Positions 1 to 10,441 of a stretch of DNA of 47,264 bases are shown piece after piece. The stretch is from Acidobacteriota bacterium. GTDB taxonomy: Bacteria; Acidobacteriota; Vicinamibacteria; Vicinamibacterales; CAVVIG01. The translations under genes and the position numbers were made by a program. The DNA is taken from contig JAHFUJ010000005.1 of assembly GCA_023265105.1 (NCBI GenBank), positions 1 through 47,264 of the forward strand. Reading direction: 5' to 3'. Positions within the stretch are counted from its first letter, which is position 1; every line of letters starts with the position of its first letter. The notes below the pieces were generated by a model. The model ran no database searches and had not been told where the DNA came from. It worked only from the letters and a program-made list of their open reading frames with translations.

Positions 1-1341
<1,341 letters not shown>

Positions 1342-1353
1342 AAATTCCAGTTC

Positions 1354-1447
1354 ATCACGAAGTCGCGAAGAGCACGAAGGCCACGAAGAACTCTTTTTTT
1401 AACAAATGAATCTTCGTGTTCTTCGTGAACCTTCGTGTCTTCGTGAT
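1354..1447. repeat. Long imperfect hairpin of tandem CACGAAG-type units (termini ATCACGAAG / CTTCGTGAT)
   Basis: Left arm atcacgaagtcgcgaagagcacgaaggccacgaagaac. Right arm cttcgtgttcttcgtgaaccttcgtgtcttcgtgat is its imperfect reverse complement, around a T7 loop region. The same termini recur at 20527-20612. Confidence 0.85.
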
Positions 1448-1461
1448 AGACCGTCCGTGGA

Positions 1462-2457
1462 CTATGCCGCGGAGTGTTTCGTTCCCTTCTCCAGCTTCTG
1501 CAACGCCTCGAAGTGCGCCCGCTGCTCCGGCGTCACCTGACGCGGGAGCTGCACGTCGACGGTCGCGTAGAGGTCTCCGCGCTCGGCGGGCTTGCCGACC
1601 GCCGGCATCCCGTGGCCTTTCAACCGAAAGACTTGCGCGTTCTGTGTCGTCGGCGGAATCTTCAAGCGTAGCGACTTGCCACCGATCGTGGCGACCTCCG
1701 CTTCGCCACCGAGCACCGCCAAGGTGAGCGGGATTGCGACATGGGTGTAGAGGTCGCTGCCTTTCCGTTCGAACTTCGGATGCGGCGCCAACCGGATGCG
1801 CAGATACAAGTCACCAGACTGCGCGCCCCCGATTCCATGCTCGCCTTCGCCCGCCACGCGCACGCGGGATCCGTCGACGACGCCGGCCGGGATGCGCACA
1901 TCGACGGTGCGCGCGTGGCCGTCGAGCGCGATCGAGAGCCGGCGCATCGTGCCGTGATAGGCGTCTTCCAGCCCCAGCTCGAGCTCGTGTTCGACGTCGC
2001 GGCCTTTGCGCGCGCGGCCGCGCCCACCCCGGGAGCCGGCGCCTCGGTCTTCCGCGGCCATGCCGCCACCGAAAAACGTGTGGAAGAAATCGGAGAAGGG
2101 ATCGGCGTCGCCGAACATCTCCCGCATCTCTTCTTCGGTCATCGTCCGGAAGCCGCCGCCCGGCGCGCCACCGAAGGGAATATTCCACGCGCCGCTCGGC
2201 TGTCCGCCGGGGGCCGCGCCGGCGTGTTCGTACATCCGCCAGTTCGCGCCAAGCTCGTCGTACTTCTTTCGTTTGGCGGGATCGCCGAGGACCTCGTACG
2301 CCTCGTTGATCTCCTTGAACCTCGCTTCGGCGGACTTGTCGCCCGGATTGACGTCGGGGTGATGCTTGCGCGCCAGCTTCCGGTACGCCTGCTTGAGTTC
2401 CTTCGGCGTGGCGGTCTTTGCCACACCGAGCGTCGAGTAGTAGTCCTTGAAGTCCAC
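1462..2457 (-). CDS. cbpA: J-domain co-chaperone, CbpA-type (J domain, G/F region, no zinc finger, DnaJ C-terminal domains)
   Basis: MDFKDYYSTLGVAKTATPKELKQAYRKLARKHHPDVNPGD carries the HPD motif. A Gly/Phe-rich linker follows, no CxxCxGxG repeats are present, and the C-terminal DnaJ substrate-binding region is there. Confidence 0.9.
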   Translation of the reverse strand: MDFKDYYSTLGVAKTATPKELKQAYRKLARKHHPDVNPGDKSAEARFKEINEAYEVLGDPAKRKKYDELGANWRMYEHAGAAPGGQPSGAWNIPFGGAPGGGFRTMTEEEMREMFGDADPFSDFFHTFFGGGMAAEDRGAGSRGGRGRARKGRDVEHELELGLEDAYHGTMRRLSIALDGHARTVDVRIPAGVVDGSRVRVAGEGEHGIGGAQSGDLYLRIRLAPHPKFERKGSDLYTHVAIPLTLAVLGGEAEVATIGGKSLRLKIPPTTQNAQVFRLKGHGMPAVGKPAERGDLYATVDVQLPRQVTPEQRAHFEALQKLEKGTKHSAA

Positions 2458-2458
2458 G

Positions 2459-2806
2459 TCAGTCGAAGTCCAGGATTCGGATCAGCGCGTCGAGCTCGTG
2501 GGCCAGCCGGCGCCGCCCGTCGCGCGCAGACAGCGCCTCGTCCCGCATCAGCGGGCGAATACGCTCGACCACTTCGCCGATCGACAACAAGCGCTGCACG
2601 CCGGCCAGGTTGATCCCGCCATCGTCGACCAGGCGCTTGATGACCTTCAGTCGCTCCAGCTCGTCGCGCGAGTACAGACGCATGCTTCCGAGCGTCCGGC
2701 TTGGCTGGACCAACCCCAGCCGCTCGTACTTTCTGAGCGTCTGGGGGTGCATCCCGAGCATCCGCGCCGCCATGCTGATGAGATACAGGTCCTGATCGAT
2801 CCCCAT
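2459..2806 (-). CDS. hspR: HspR heat-shock transcriptional repressor (MerR family)
   Basis: MGIDQDLYLISMAARMLGMHPQTLRKYERLGLVQPSRTLGSMRLYS is a MerR-type HTH. The gene sits immediately upstream of the J-protein gene with a 1-nt gap. Start is placed at ATG 2806 because the longer ORF extension runs into the promoter and repeat. Confidence 0.85.
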   Translation of the reverse strand: MGIDQDLYLISMAARMLGMHPQTLRKYERLGLVQPSRTLGSMRLYSRDELERLKVIKRLVDDGGINLAGVQRLLSIGEVVERIRPLMRDEALSARDGRRRLAHELDALIRILDFD

Positions 2807-2846
2807 GCGTCTTTCGGTGCGCGGATTTAAACGCTGCGCCGATCCA

Positions 2847-2875
2847 AGTATAGGTATTGATACGACTCGTGTCAA
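2847..2875 (-). promoter_or_regulatory. Sigma70-type promoter for hspR operon: TTGACA-17 nt-TATACT
   Basis: The reverse strand reads TTGACAcgagtcgtatcaataccTATACT. The -35 is at 2875-2870 and the -10 at 2852-2847, about 40 nt upstream of the hspR ATG. Confidence 0.6.
2857..2875. promoter_or_regulatory. HAIR-like HspR operator palindrome TTGATACGA-c-TCGTGTCAA
   Basis: 19-bp inverted repeat with one mismatch. The TTGA-N11-TCAA spacing is identical to the HAIR consensus CTTGAGT-N7-ACTCAAG. It overlaps the -35 and spacer of the promoter. Confidence 0.55.
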
Positions 2876-2876
2876 G

Positions 2877-2977
2877 GTTCGCAGGGTTCGCAAGGTGCTC
2901 GGGGTTCGCATGGTTCGCGAGGCTCTCGAACCCAGAGAACCTCGCGAACCCCGAGAACCGTGAGAACCTCGAGAACC
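2877..2977. repeat. Long hairpin of nonamer units: 6x GGTTCGCNN followed by 5x ACCNNGAGA
   Basis: Read directly: ggttcgcag ggttcgcaa ggtgctcgg ggttcgcat ggttcgcga ggctctcga / acccagaga acctcgcga accccgaga accgtgaga acctcgaga acc. It fills the divergent hspR-terC gap. Confidence 0.85.
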
Positions 2978-2997
2978 AACCGTATACTGGCAGTTGA

Positions 2998-3777
2998 GTG
3001 TTCCAATTCTCTGATCTCTTCACCATCGCGCTGCTCGTCGCCCTCGAAGGATTGCTAAGCGCCGACAACGCCCTGGTGTTGGCCGTGCTGGTCCTCGGCC
3101 TGCCGAAACACCAGCGGAGCAAAGCGCTGCGCTACGGCATCGGCGGCGCGTTCGCGTTCCGGGCGATCGCGACGCTCCTCGCCGTGTTCCTGATCAGGCT
3201 GGGCTGGGTGAAACTGGTCGGCGCCGGCTATCTGCTGTACCTCTCGTACCGCCATTTCTTTGGGAGCGTGAGCGCCGAAGCTCGGCGCACGCCGCGAACG
3301 GCGCAGCCGTGGCTCGGCTTGCCGGCGTTCTGGGCGACGGTCGTCAAGGTGGAGCTGACCGACATCGTGTTCGCGATCGACTCGATTCTGGTGGCGGTCG
3401 CCATGTCGCCGAAGCTGTGGGTGATCCTGAGCGGCGGAGTCCTCGGGATCGTCATGATGCGGCTGGTCATCGGGCAGTTGTTGTCGCTGGTGGAGAAGTA
3501 TCCACCGCTCGTGGACGCCGCGTTCGTCGTCATCGCGTGGGTCGGCGTCAAGCTGCTGGTCGAGTTCCTGCACGTCGGGGGATTCATCGCGTTCGAGTTC
3601 CCGAAGTGGCTGGCGCTCGGATTGATTGTCGTCATCTTCGGCGTGGCGTTTCTGTACGCGCGACGGCAGGAGCATCACACCCGCACGCGAACCGAACGGG
3701 AGGCGGCGCTCTTACTGACCGAACGGGCCGATGAGGACCGCGAATCCCAAATCCCCACTCCCAAATCCCGTCAGTAG
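2998..3777 (+). CDS. TerC family integral membrane protein
   Basis: GTG start. LVALEGLLSADNALVLAVLV and a second AIDSILVAVAM motif are typical of the TerC/YkoY/Alx family. The protein is polytopic and hydrophobic. Confidence 0.85.
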   Translation: MFQFSDLFTIALLVALEGLLSADNALVLAVLVLGLPKHQRSKALRYGIGGAFAFRAIATLLAVFLIRLGWVKLVGAGYLLYLSYRHFFGSVSAEARRTPRTAQPWLGLPAFWATVVKVELTDIVFAIDSILVAVAMSPKLWVILSGGVLGIVMMRLVIGQLLSLVEKYPPLVDAAFVVIAWVGVKLLVEFLHVGGFIAFEFPKWLALGLIVVIFGVAFLYARRQEHHTRTRTEREAALLLTERADEDRESQIPTPKSRQ

Positions 3778-3779
3778 TA

Positions 3780-4187
3780 CTAGTCGTCACGCCCTTTGAT
3801 GCGCCGGAGGGCCCGCCGCTGGCGTTTGTCGGGTGCGCGGGGCGGCGTCATGGCCGCGCGAAACATCCGCTCCATCCGCCGTATGTCAATCTCCTCGCGT
3901 GTGGGCGCCGGCGTGAGATCTTCGTAAAGCAGCCGCGCCTCCGCTTTGGCCACGTGGCGATCGGCCAGCGCGCGCACCACGACGCGTTGTTTCCGCCCGT
4001 GGGGCCGGCTGATTTCGAGCTCGTCTCCGACCCGCACCAGGCGGTTCGATTTTGCCGCCTGACGGTTGATGTCGATCTTCCCGCCCTTGCATGCTTTCTG
4101 CGCTTCCGAACGCGTTTTGAACAGGCAGGCGACGTCGAGCCAGACGTCGAGCCGCACCGCTTGCGATCGCCCCTCGTCGTTGAGCAT
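3780..4187 (-). CDS. S4-domain RNA-binding protein, Hsp15 (HslR)-like
   Basis: The last 135 codons of track ORF 3780..5477 read MLNDEGRSQAVRLDVWLDVACLFKTRSEAQKACKGGKIDINRQAAKSNRLVRVGDELEI, an S4 fold signature. The upstream part of the track ORF is antisense shadow of the 4470 gene. Confidence 0.8.
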   Translation of the reverse strand: MLNDEGRSQAVRLDVWLDVACLFKTRSEAQKACKGGKIDINRQAAKSNRLVRVGDELEISRPHGRKQRVVVRALADRHVAKAEARLLYEDLTPAPTREEIDIRRMERMFRAAMTPPRAPDKRQRRALRRIKGRDD

Positions 4188-4336
4188 TTCAGTCCGACAT
4201 TCTACAGGTCCAGCCGAGGAGCCCGACTGCGATACCATCGGGCGGCCCTGAAACAACTCGTCGACCGCCGTCGTAACCACAACGTACGTAACCACAATGC
4301 GGTGTCCGCCTTCAGAGCCTGTGAAGAAACCGCTAA

Positions 4337-4407
4337 CCGCCGAGGCCGCAGAGACCGCGGAGAAGAAAATTCTAAGGATTCTCGGCGAGCTCTGCGTGCT
4401 CTGCGGT
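4337..4407. repeat. Imperfect hairpin of CGCAGAG-type units
   Basis: ccgccgaggccgcagagaccgcggagaag ... ttctcggcgagctctgcgtgctctgcgg. A half copy, gtgctctgcgtactctgcgg, lies at 13798-13820. Confidence 0.7.
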
Positions 4408-4469
4408 AAAACGTCGCATTTTTCCACACGCTCTTCAGGCGGACCAACGCGGTCTTGTAAGGAGGTTGT

Positions 4470-5507
4470 ATGCGTATGCGAGGAGTTCTGGCCGGCACGT
4501 TGGCGGTGGTCGCTCTCGGACTCTTCGCCGCGCGGCCTCATGCCGCGGACGGACCCTATCAACTCGTCAAGGACATTCAGATCGGCGGCGAAGGCGGCTG
4601 GGATTATCTGAATGTCGACAGCGCCGCAAAACGCCTTTACGTCAGCCATGCGACCAAGGTCGTCGTCATCGACCTGGCAAAAAACGAGATTCTCGGAGAG
4701 ATTGCCGACACTCCGGGCGTCCATGGCGCCGTCTCGACAGGGCCGCTCGGTCGCGTCTTCACCAGCAACGGCCGCGGGAACAGTGCCAGCATCGTCGACG
4801 CCAAGACGCTTCAGACGATCAGCAAGGTCGAGACGCCCGCCAACCCCGATTTCATCATGTTCGAGCCGAAGCAAAAAGAGGTGTACACGTTCAACGGAGG
4901 CGGCAGGTCGGCGACGGTCATTGATGCCGCGAGCGGAAAAGTGATGGCAACCATTCCGCTCGGCGGTAAGCCCGAGGCAGGCGTGTCTGACGGCGCCGGC
5001 CGCGTGTTCGTGAACGTTGAGGATAAGCACAACATCGCCGTGATTGACATCGCCAAGCACGAAGTGGTCGCGAATTGGCCGATTGCGCCGGGCGAAGAGG
5101 CGGCGGGGCTGGCGCTCGACATCAAGAATCATCGGCTGTTCATCGGCGCCCACAACAGCTTGATGCTGATGATGGATTCGACAACCGGAAGGGTGGTCGC
5201 GCAAGTGCCGATTGGTCCGGGCGTCGACGCGACGTGGTTCGATCCCGGCACCGGCTACGTTTTCTCGTCGTGCGGCGACGGCACACTGACCATCGCGCAC
5301 GAGGATTCGCCTGCCAAGCTGACGGTCCTGCAGACGCTCAAGACGGAGCGTGGTGCGCGGACGATGGCGCTCGATCCATCGACGCACAGGATTTACGTGG
5401 CGGCCGCGAGGTATGAGGCACCAGCGGCGGGCGCGCCGGCCAATGCCCGGCCGCAGATCGTGCCGAATTCGATGCACCTGCTCGTTTACGGCATTGACGG
5501 CAAGTAA
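4470..5507 (+). CDS. Secreted YVTN/YncE-family beta-propeller protein
   Basis: AAGGAGG RBS lies upstream. Signal peptide is MRMRGVLAGTLAVVALGLFAARPHA. Repeated propeller blades of the form YVSH..KVVVIDL, VFTSNG..SIVD, VYTFNGGGRSATVID are visible. Confidence 0.85.
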   Translation: MRMRGVLAGTLAVVALGLFAARPHAADGPYQLVKDIQIGGEGGWDYLNVDSAAKRLYVSHATKVVVIDLAKNEILGEIADTPGVHGAVSTGPLGRVFTSNGRGNSASIVDAKTLQTISKVETPANPDFIMFEPKQKEVYTFNGGGRSATVIDAASGKVMATIPLGGKPEAGVSDGAGRVFVNVEDKHNIAVIDIAKHEVVANWPIAPGEEAAGLALDIKNHRLFIGAHNSLMLMMDSTTGRVVAQVPIGPGVDATWFDPGTGYVFSSCGDGTLTIAHEDSPAKLTVLQTLKTERGARTMALDPSTHRIYVAAARYEAPAAGAPANARPQIVPNSMHLLVYGIDGK

Positions 5508-5582
5508 GGAACCACCCGGAAGCTCTTGTAACCTTGGCGTCGGTCAGCTTCATTGATGGGAAATTCTGGGAAGGGGCGAGTT

Positions 5583-7862
5583 ATGGCCCGTACAGAAGGT
5601 TTCCATCCGGAGGACAATAGTGGGGCTCGGCATGCGGCTTGCCCATGCCGGGCCGATAATAGTACGGATCTGACGACTGACGTGCGAAAACCGACGATTC
5701 TCGTAACTGCCATTACATTTTTAGCGCTCTCTTGGCCGGCGTGGGCCGCCGAACGTGTAGCCGCGGCCGGCGACGCCTTCATCGCCCGCGACGACGCCGC
5801 ACGCACGTGGACCATCGCCAATCGCCAGATCAGCGCGACATTCGAAATCGATCGCAGTCACGAAACGCGGTTGATCCATCTGACGAACCCGGCTACCGGT
5901 CACCATTGGGAGGCGACAGGCGGGTCCGACGCGGTGGCCAATATCGCCGGGCACAATAGTCAACTCGGTGCTCCCGGTGCCGGCTACCAACTGCTCGACG
6001 TGAGCGGCACGAGCACCGACAACGCGGTTCATCTTACCCTCGCCTTCGATCATCGCGACACGCATCTGCGTGTCACGCGTCATTACGTGGTGTATGCCGA
6101 CGTGCCGGCGATCGAAGCGTGGACGCGGTTCGAGGCAACTCAGACGGCCGGTGACGTCGAGGTCTCGAACTTGAACGTCTGGGACTTCACGGTTGTTGGA
6201 CAGCAGATCGAATGGATCAACGGGCTGCTCGGCGACGGCTTGGGCGTGGTCCAGAACGACGCGTTCTCGCTGCAGCAGCGGACGCTGGCACCCGGCGAGG
6301 GGCTCGATCTGGGCAGCGAGACGCGATCGTCGGACCGCGTGGTGCCGTATTTCAAGATCGTCGACCGCGGCGAGGCGATTGTCGGCGGTTTGCTCTGGTC
6401 GGGCGCGTGGCACCTGGGCCTGGCAGGCTATTCCAATGGGACCGCCTTTAAGTTCGGCCTGGCGCCGATGACGACCCTCGTCACGGCATCGCACCCCGTC
6501 GAGGGGCCGCACGGATTCCTGGCCGTCGCGAGCCGCGCCGAAGACGGCTCTAGCGCCGTTGGCGCGTACGTGCAGAAAGGGCTGCGTGGCGGCCGAGGAT
6601 TCGACGCGCTCGTGACCTACAACACGTGGTTCGCGTACGGCACGCGGGTCGACGAGTTGACGGTGATGAACGAGATGCAGCGCGTCTCGGAGCTCGGCAC
6701 CGAGCTCTTTGTGCTGGACGCCGGCTGGTACGCCGGGGCCGGGCTCGACGGGACGTGGGACTTCACGAACGGGGTGGGAAACTGGTACTCCGATCCGGCC
6801 CGCTTTCCGTCAGACCTCCACGCCCTGACCGACTATGCGCACAGCCTCGGCATGAAATTCGGGTTGTGGATCGAACCGGAACGCATCGCGCTCGAAAACC
6901 TGAAGGGCGACAATCCCGCCGAGGAGTCGTGGCTGGCGAACGCCGACGGGCGCTACGATCCGAACGCGCCAGCGAGCGGCGCGACCACGGCGCAGTTGTG
7001 CCTGGCCAGCGACAGGGCCCGCGCGTGGATCATCGGCGAGATCGTGCATCTGATCGACCGGGTGCAGCCGGACTACATCAAATGGGACAACAATTTCTGG
7101 ATCAACTGCGACCGGTCGGGCCACGGGCACGGCGCCTCGGACGGCAACTTCGCGCACGTGACGGGACTCTATCAGATGCTGTCCGCGTTGCGCGAGCGCT
7201 ATCCAAACCTTCTCATCGAGAACGTCGCGGGCGGCGGCAACCGGCTGGACTACGGCATGTTGCGCTACACCGATGCGGCGTGGATGGACGATCGCACCGC
7301 GCCGTCGATGCACGTCCGACACAACTTCCAAGGGCTCAGCACCGCGTTTCCTCCGTCGTATCTTCTCTCGTTCCTGATCGACTACGACACGGAGTCGCTC
7401 TACAACGGCACCGACCTTCCTCTGTATATCCGCAGCCGCATGCTCGGCGTGCTCGGCCTCACATTCAAGACCGTCGATCTGAGGCCATCGGCCGCCGCTG
7501 ACATTGCCAACCACGTCAGTCTTTACAAGGCGCTGCGCGACACGATCAAGGAGGGCAGCGCGATACTGCTGACTCGCCAGGCCTCGGTCGGCGACCCCCC
7601 GGCGTGGGGCGCCGTGCAGGAAACCGACGCCGCGGGACGCACGCTTCTCTTTGCGTTCCAGAACGATCGTGCCGAGGAGCGTATCGTCCTGAAGCCGCGT
7701 AACCTCATACCCGGCACGATGTACGACGTGCAGTCGGTCGACGTCGGTCCCCTCGGCATCGCCTCGGGTGCCGATCTGATGGCGGACGGTATCGAAGTCA
7801 ACGCGTCGCCCAAATCCGCGGCGCACGTGCTCGTCCTCACCGAGATCCACTCGTCTCCGTAA
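5583..7862 (+). CDS. Glycoside hydrolase family 36 alpha-galactosidase-like enzyme
   Basis: GH36 motifs ELFVLDAGW, DYIKWDNNF, IENVAGGGNRLDYG and AAWMDDRT are present. Start is uncertain: ATG 5583 has a GGAAGGGG RBS, while in-frame GTG 5682 would give signal peptide RKPTILVTAITFLALSWPAWA. Confidence 0.85.
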   Translation: MARTEGFHPEDNSGARHAACPCRADNSTDLTTDVRKPTILVTAITFLALSWPAWAAERVAAAGDAFIARDDAARTWTIANRQISATFEIDRSHETRLIHLTNPATGHHWEATGGSDAVANIAGHNSQLGAPGAGYQLLDVSGTSTDNAVHLTLAFDHRDTHLRVTRHYVVYADVPAIEAWTRFEATQTAGDVEVSNLNVWDFTVVGQQIEWINGLLGDGLGVVQNDAFSLQQRTLAPGEGLDLGSETRSSDRVVPYFKIVDRGEAIVGGLLWSGAWHLGLAGYSNGTAFKFGLAPMTTLVTASHPVEGPHGFLAVASRAEDGSSAVGAYVQKGLRGGRGFDALVTYNTWFAYGTRVDELTVMNEMQRVSELGTELFVLDAGWYAGAGLDGTWDFTNGVGNWYSDPARFPSDLHALTDYAHSLGMKFGLWIEPERIALENLKGDNPAEESWLANADGRYDPNAPASGATTAQLCLASDRARAWIIGEIVHLIDRVQPDYIKWDNNFWINCDRSGHGHGASDGNFAHVTGLYQMLSALRERYPNLLIENVAGGGNRLDYGMLRYTDAAWMDDRTAPSMHVRHNFQGLSTAFPPSYLLSFLIDYDTESLYNGTDLPLYIRSRMLGVLGLTFKTVDLRPSAAADIANHVSLYKALRDTIKEGSAILLTRQASVGDPPAWGAVQETDAAGRTLLFAFQNDRAEERIVLKPRNLIPGTMYDVQSVDVGPLGIASGADLMADGIEVNASPKSAAHVLVLTEIHSSP

Positions 7863-7924
7863 CGAAGCTTCGCCTCAGACCGCCGCGTCAGGGGTCTGCG
7901 GGGATCACGGCGAATCTTCGTTAC
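7859..7924 (+). terminator. Compound hairpin overlapping the GH36 stop codon (GTAACGAAG ... CTTCGTTAC with inner CAGACC/GGTCTG stem)
   Basis: A 9-bp outer stem, 7859-7867 pairing with 7916-7924, has a nested inner stem. There is no clear U-tract, so terminator function is only inferred. Confidence 0.35.
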
Positions 7925-8028
7925 TACCATTCCTCCGTGACTCCGTGTCTTCGTGGCATGTGAAAGTGAAGGCGCCGCGATGATATACTCCGCGCGTCTC
8001 AGCGCCTCTCACAAATCGCTTCGGCCCG

Positions 8029-10383
8029 ATGGTCCTTCTTCTCGCGCTCGCGGTCTTCTTCACGTCCGGCTTCGCTGCGCTGCTGTACCAGGTGATCTGG
8101 CAGCGCATGCTCGTGATCTTCTCTGGAGCCGACGTCTACTCGGCCACGCTCATCGTCGCGGCGTTCATGACCGGCCTGGGCGCCGGAAATCTGGCCGGTG
8201 GGCACATCGCGGACCGGCTGTCGCGGCGCGCGAGCCTGATCCTGTTCGGCCTGGCTGAGCTGGCCATCGCCGGCTTCGGCATCTTCAGCGCCGCGCTGTA
8301 CTACGACCTCCTGTACCAGCGGATGGGCCACCTCCACATCGCACCAGGAGTCGTTGCCGGAATCCTCTTCGCCAGCCTGCTGTGGCCGACGTTCTTCATG
8401 GGAGCCTCGCTGCCGCTCCTCGCTCGAAGTTTGACCGAGAGAATCGAACGTGCGGCCTTCACAGTCGGCACGTTGTACGGGTTCAACACGCTTGGGGCGG
8501 CCATGGGAGCCATGGTCGCCACGTGGTGGCTGCTTCCACGCCTCGGGCTTGAAGGCAGCCTGCAGGTGGGTGCCATTCTGAATCTCGTCTGCGCTGCGGT
8601 CCTGTTGCCGGTGGCGCTGCTGTTCACAGCCTCTCGTGCCGATGCGGGTCTCGCGGTCGCGGCCGACGCCGCGGCGCCGCCAGCTGCTGAACGTGCCGCA
8701 CCGCCGGAGACGAGTCCCAGAAGATTCACGTTCTGGGTCTGGGCCGCCATTTTCGGATTCTCGGGGTTGCTGGCGCTCTCCCTCGAGATCGTGTGGTTCC
8801 GGCTGCTCGGCGTGATGATGAAGTCAACCGCCTTCACGTTCGGAACGCTGCTGGCGCTCTACCTGAGCGGCCTTGGCCTTGGCTCCGTCGCCGGCAGCGT
8901 GATCGCGCTGCGGGTCCGCCGACCTGCCCTGGCCTTCCTGGCATTACAGGCCGCGGCCACACTGTCCGCGGGCGGCCTGCTAGCGGTCTTCATTGGCGTC
9001 GTCGATGGCGCGGGGTGGCTCTGGAGCTACTTCGGAAGCTACGAGCCGCTGAACGTGCGCGAGAGCGTCGGCACGCTCCCCACCTTCATGACCAGTGTCC
9101 TCTCGGCTGAAGCTCCCGATCAGCTTGCGTTGAAGTTTCTCGCGCTGTACTTCGTCCTGCCGGCCCTCCTCGTCGTTCCGACGACGTTCCTGATGGGCTG
9201 CAGCTTTCCGTTCCTGCAGCAGGTCGTCCAGACCGACCTCGCCCGGGTCGGACGCCGTGTCGGCGTCCTGCTGCTGGCCAACATCGTCGGCAGCATGCTT
9301 GGAAGCGTGCTCACAGGTTGGGTGTTGCTCGACCTGTTCGGAACGGCGAACACGCTGAAACTGCTTGCCGCCATGGGCGGTCTGTTCGTCCTGTTCGGCC
9401 TCCGGTTCACGATCGGGACGCGAACGATCGCGCTCGGCAGACAGCGAGTTCCCGCGCTGCGGGCCGCCGCGGGCGGGACCGTGATGCTGATGGTGCCAAT
9501 CCTTGCGTCCATGCCCGACAGCCATACGCTCTGGGCCCGCCTGCACGGCACGGGCGTGGACCGGATCATCGTTGGCGAGGATGGCTCGGGCGTGTCCGTG
9601 ATCAAGAGGGGGTCCGACGGCAGGGCCACGGTCTTCGTGAACGGTGTGGGTCAGAGCACGATGCCGTACGGCGGCGTGCACACGGCGCTCGGCGCCATCC
9701 CGGCGTTCGTCCATCCCGCTCCACGGGATGCGGCAATCATCGGGCTCGGATCTGGAGACACGGTCTACGCGGTGGCAGGCCGGCCGGAAATCGAGAAGGT
9801 CACGTGCGTGGAAATCATCAGACCGCAGCTCGACACCCTGCAGGAGTTGCTGCGGCGGTGGCCCTATGGGGGCTTGCGGGGGCTGCTCCAGGACCCGCGC
9901 ATCGAGCATGTCTTCGGAGACGGCCGCATCTTCCTCATGCGCGGCGGCCGCAAATACGACATCATCGAAGCCGACGCGCTGCGGCCGAGTAGCGCCTATT
10001 CAGGCAATCTGTATTCGGATGAGTACTTCGCGCTCGTCCGGGATCATCTGAAGCCGAACGGACTGGCCGCCACATGGTTGCCCACCGAGCGCGTGCACAA
10101 CGCGTTCGTTCGGGTGTTCCCGTTTGTCGTCAGCATTCCGGGAATTCTGCTCGGAAGCAGCGAGCCGATCGAGATCGACCGCGAAGCCATCGCTCGGCGG
10201 CTGGCCGCTGTCCGCGTTCGTCAGTACTACGAGGCGGCCGGCATCGACATCGAGAAAATGATGACGTCCTACCTGGCCGAGCCAGCCCGGTACGGACCTG
10301 ATTTCCCGCGCGATACGCTCACCGATTTCAATACCGACCTGTTCCCGAAGGACGAATATGATCTCGCCCGGCCGCGCCCCTGA
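8029..10383 (+). CDS. Fused polytopic membrane domain / spermidine synthase-like methyltransferase-fold protein
   Basis: The N-terminal ~500 aa are multi-TM (FFTSGFAALLYQVIWQRML). The C-terminal part has IIGLGSGDTVYAV...VEIIRPQL...DIIEADALRP, typical of the spermidine synthase family. Confidence 0.85.
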   Translation: MVLLLALAVFFTSGFAALLYQVIWQRMLVIFSGADVYSATLIVAAFMTGLGAGNLAGGHIADRLSRRASLILFGLAELAIAGFGIFSAALYYDLLYQRMGHLHIAPGVVAGILFASLLWPTFFMGASLPLLARSLTERIERAAFTVGTLYGFNTLGAAMGAMVATWWLLPRLGLEGSLQVGAILNLVCAAVLLPVALLFTASRADAGLAVAADAAAPPAAERAAPPETSPRRFTFWVWAAIFGFSGLLALSLEIVWFRLLGVMMKSTAFTFGTLLALYLSGLGLGSVAGSVIALRVRRPALAFLALQAAATLSAGGLLAVFIGVVDGAGWLWSYFGSYEPLNVRESVGTLPTFMTSVLSAEAPDQLALKFLALYFVLPALLVVPTTFLMGCSFPFLQQVVQTDLARVGRRVGVLLLANIVGSMLGSVLTGWVLLDLFGTANTLKLLAAMGGLFVLFGLRFTIGTRTIALGRQRVPALRAAAGGTVMLMVPILASMPDSHTLWARLHGTGVDRIIVGEDGSGVSVIKRGSDGRATVFVNGVGQSTMPYGGVHTALGAIPAFVHPAPRDAAIIGLGSGDTVYAVAGRPEIEKVTCVEIIRPQLDTLQELLRRWPYGGLRGLLQDPRIEHVFGDGRIFLMRGGRKYDIIEADALRPSSAYSGNLYSDEYFALVRDHLKPNGLAATWLPTERVHNAFVRVFPFVVSIPGILLGSSEPIEIDREAIARRLAAVRVRQYYEAAGIDIEKMMTSYLAEPARYGPDFPRDTLTDFNTDLFPKDEYDLARPRP

Positions 10384-10441
10384 ATGAACGGAAGATCGGC
10401 ATTGTCAAGTTGAGGGGATGGTTGGCAGACTCGTCTAAAGT

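Noticed and set aside
2877-2997. yybP-ykoY (Mn) riboswitch upstream of the TerC-family gene
   Set aside because: The leader consists almost entirely of the GGTTCGC/GAGAACC nonamer hairpin. No four-way-junction-like conserved segments could be recognised by eye. A covariance-model scan would be needed to settle this.
4188-5477. N-terminal 430 codons of the 565-aa minus ORF 3780..5477
   Set aside because: Only the last 135 codons give an S4-domain protein. The rest is antisense to the well-supported YVTN propeller gene and has a junk Arg-rich composition.
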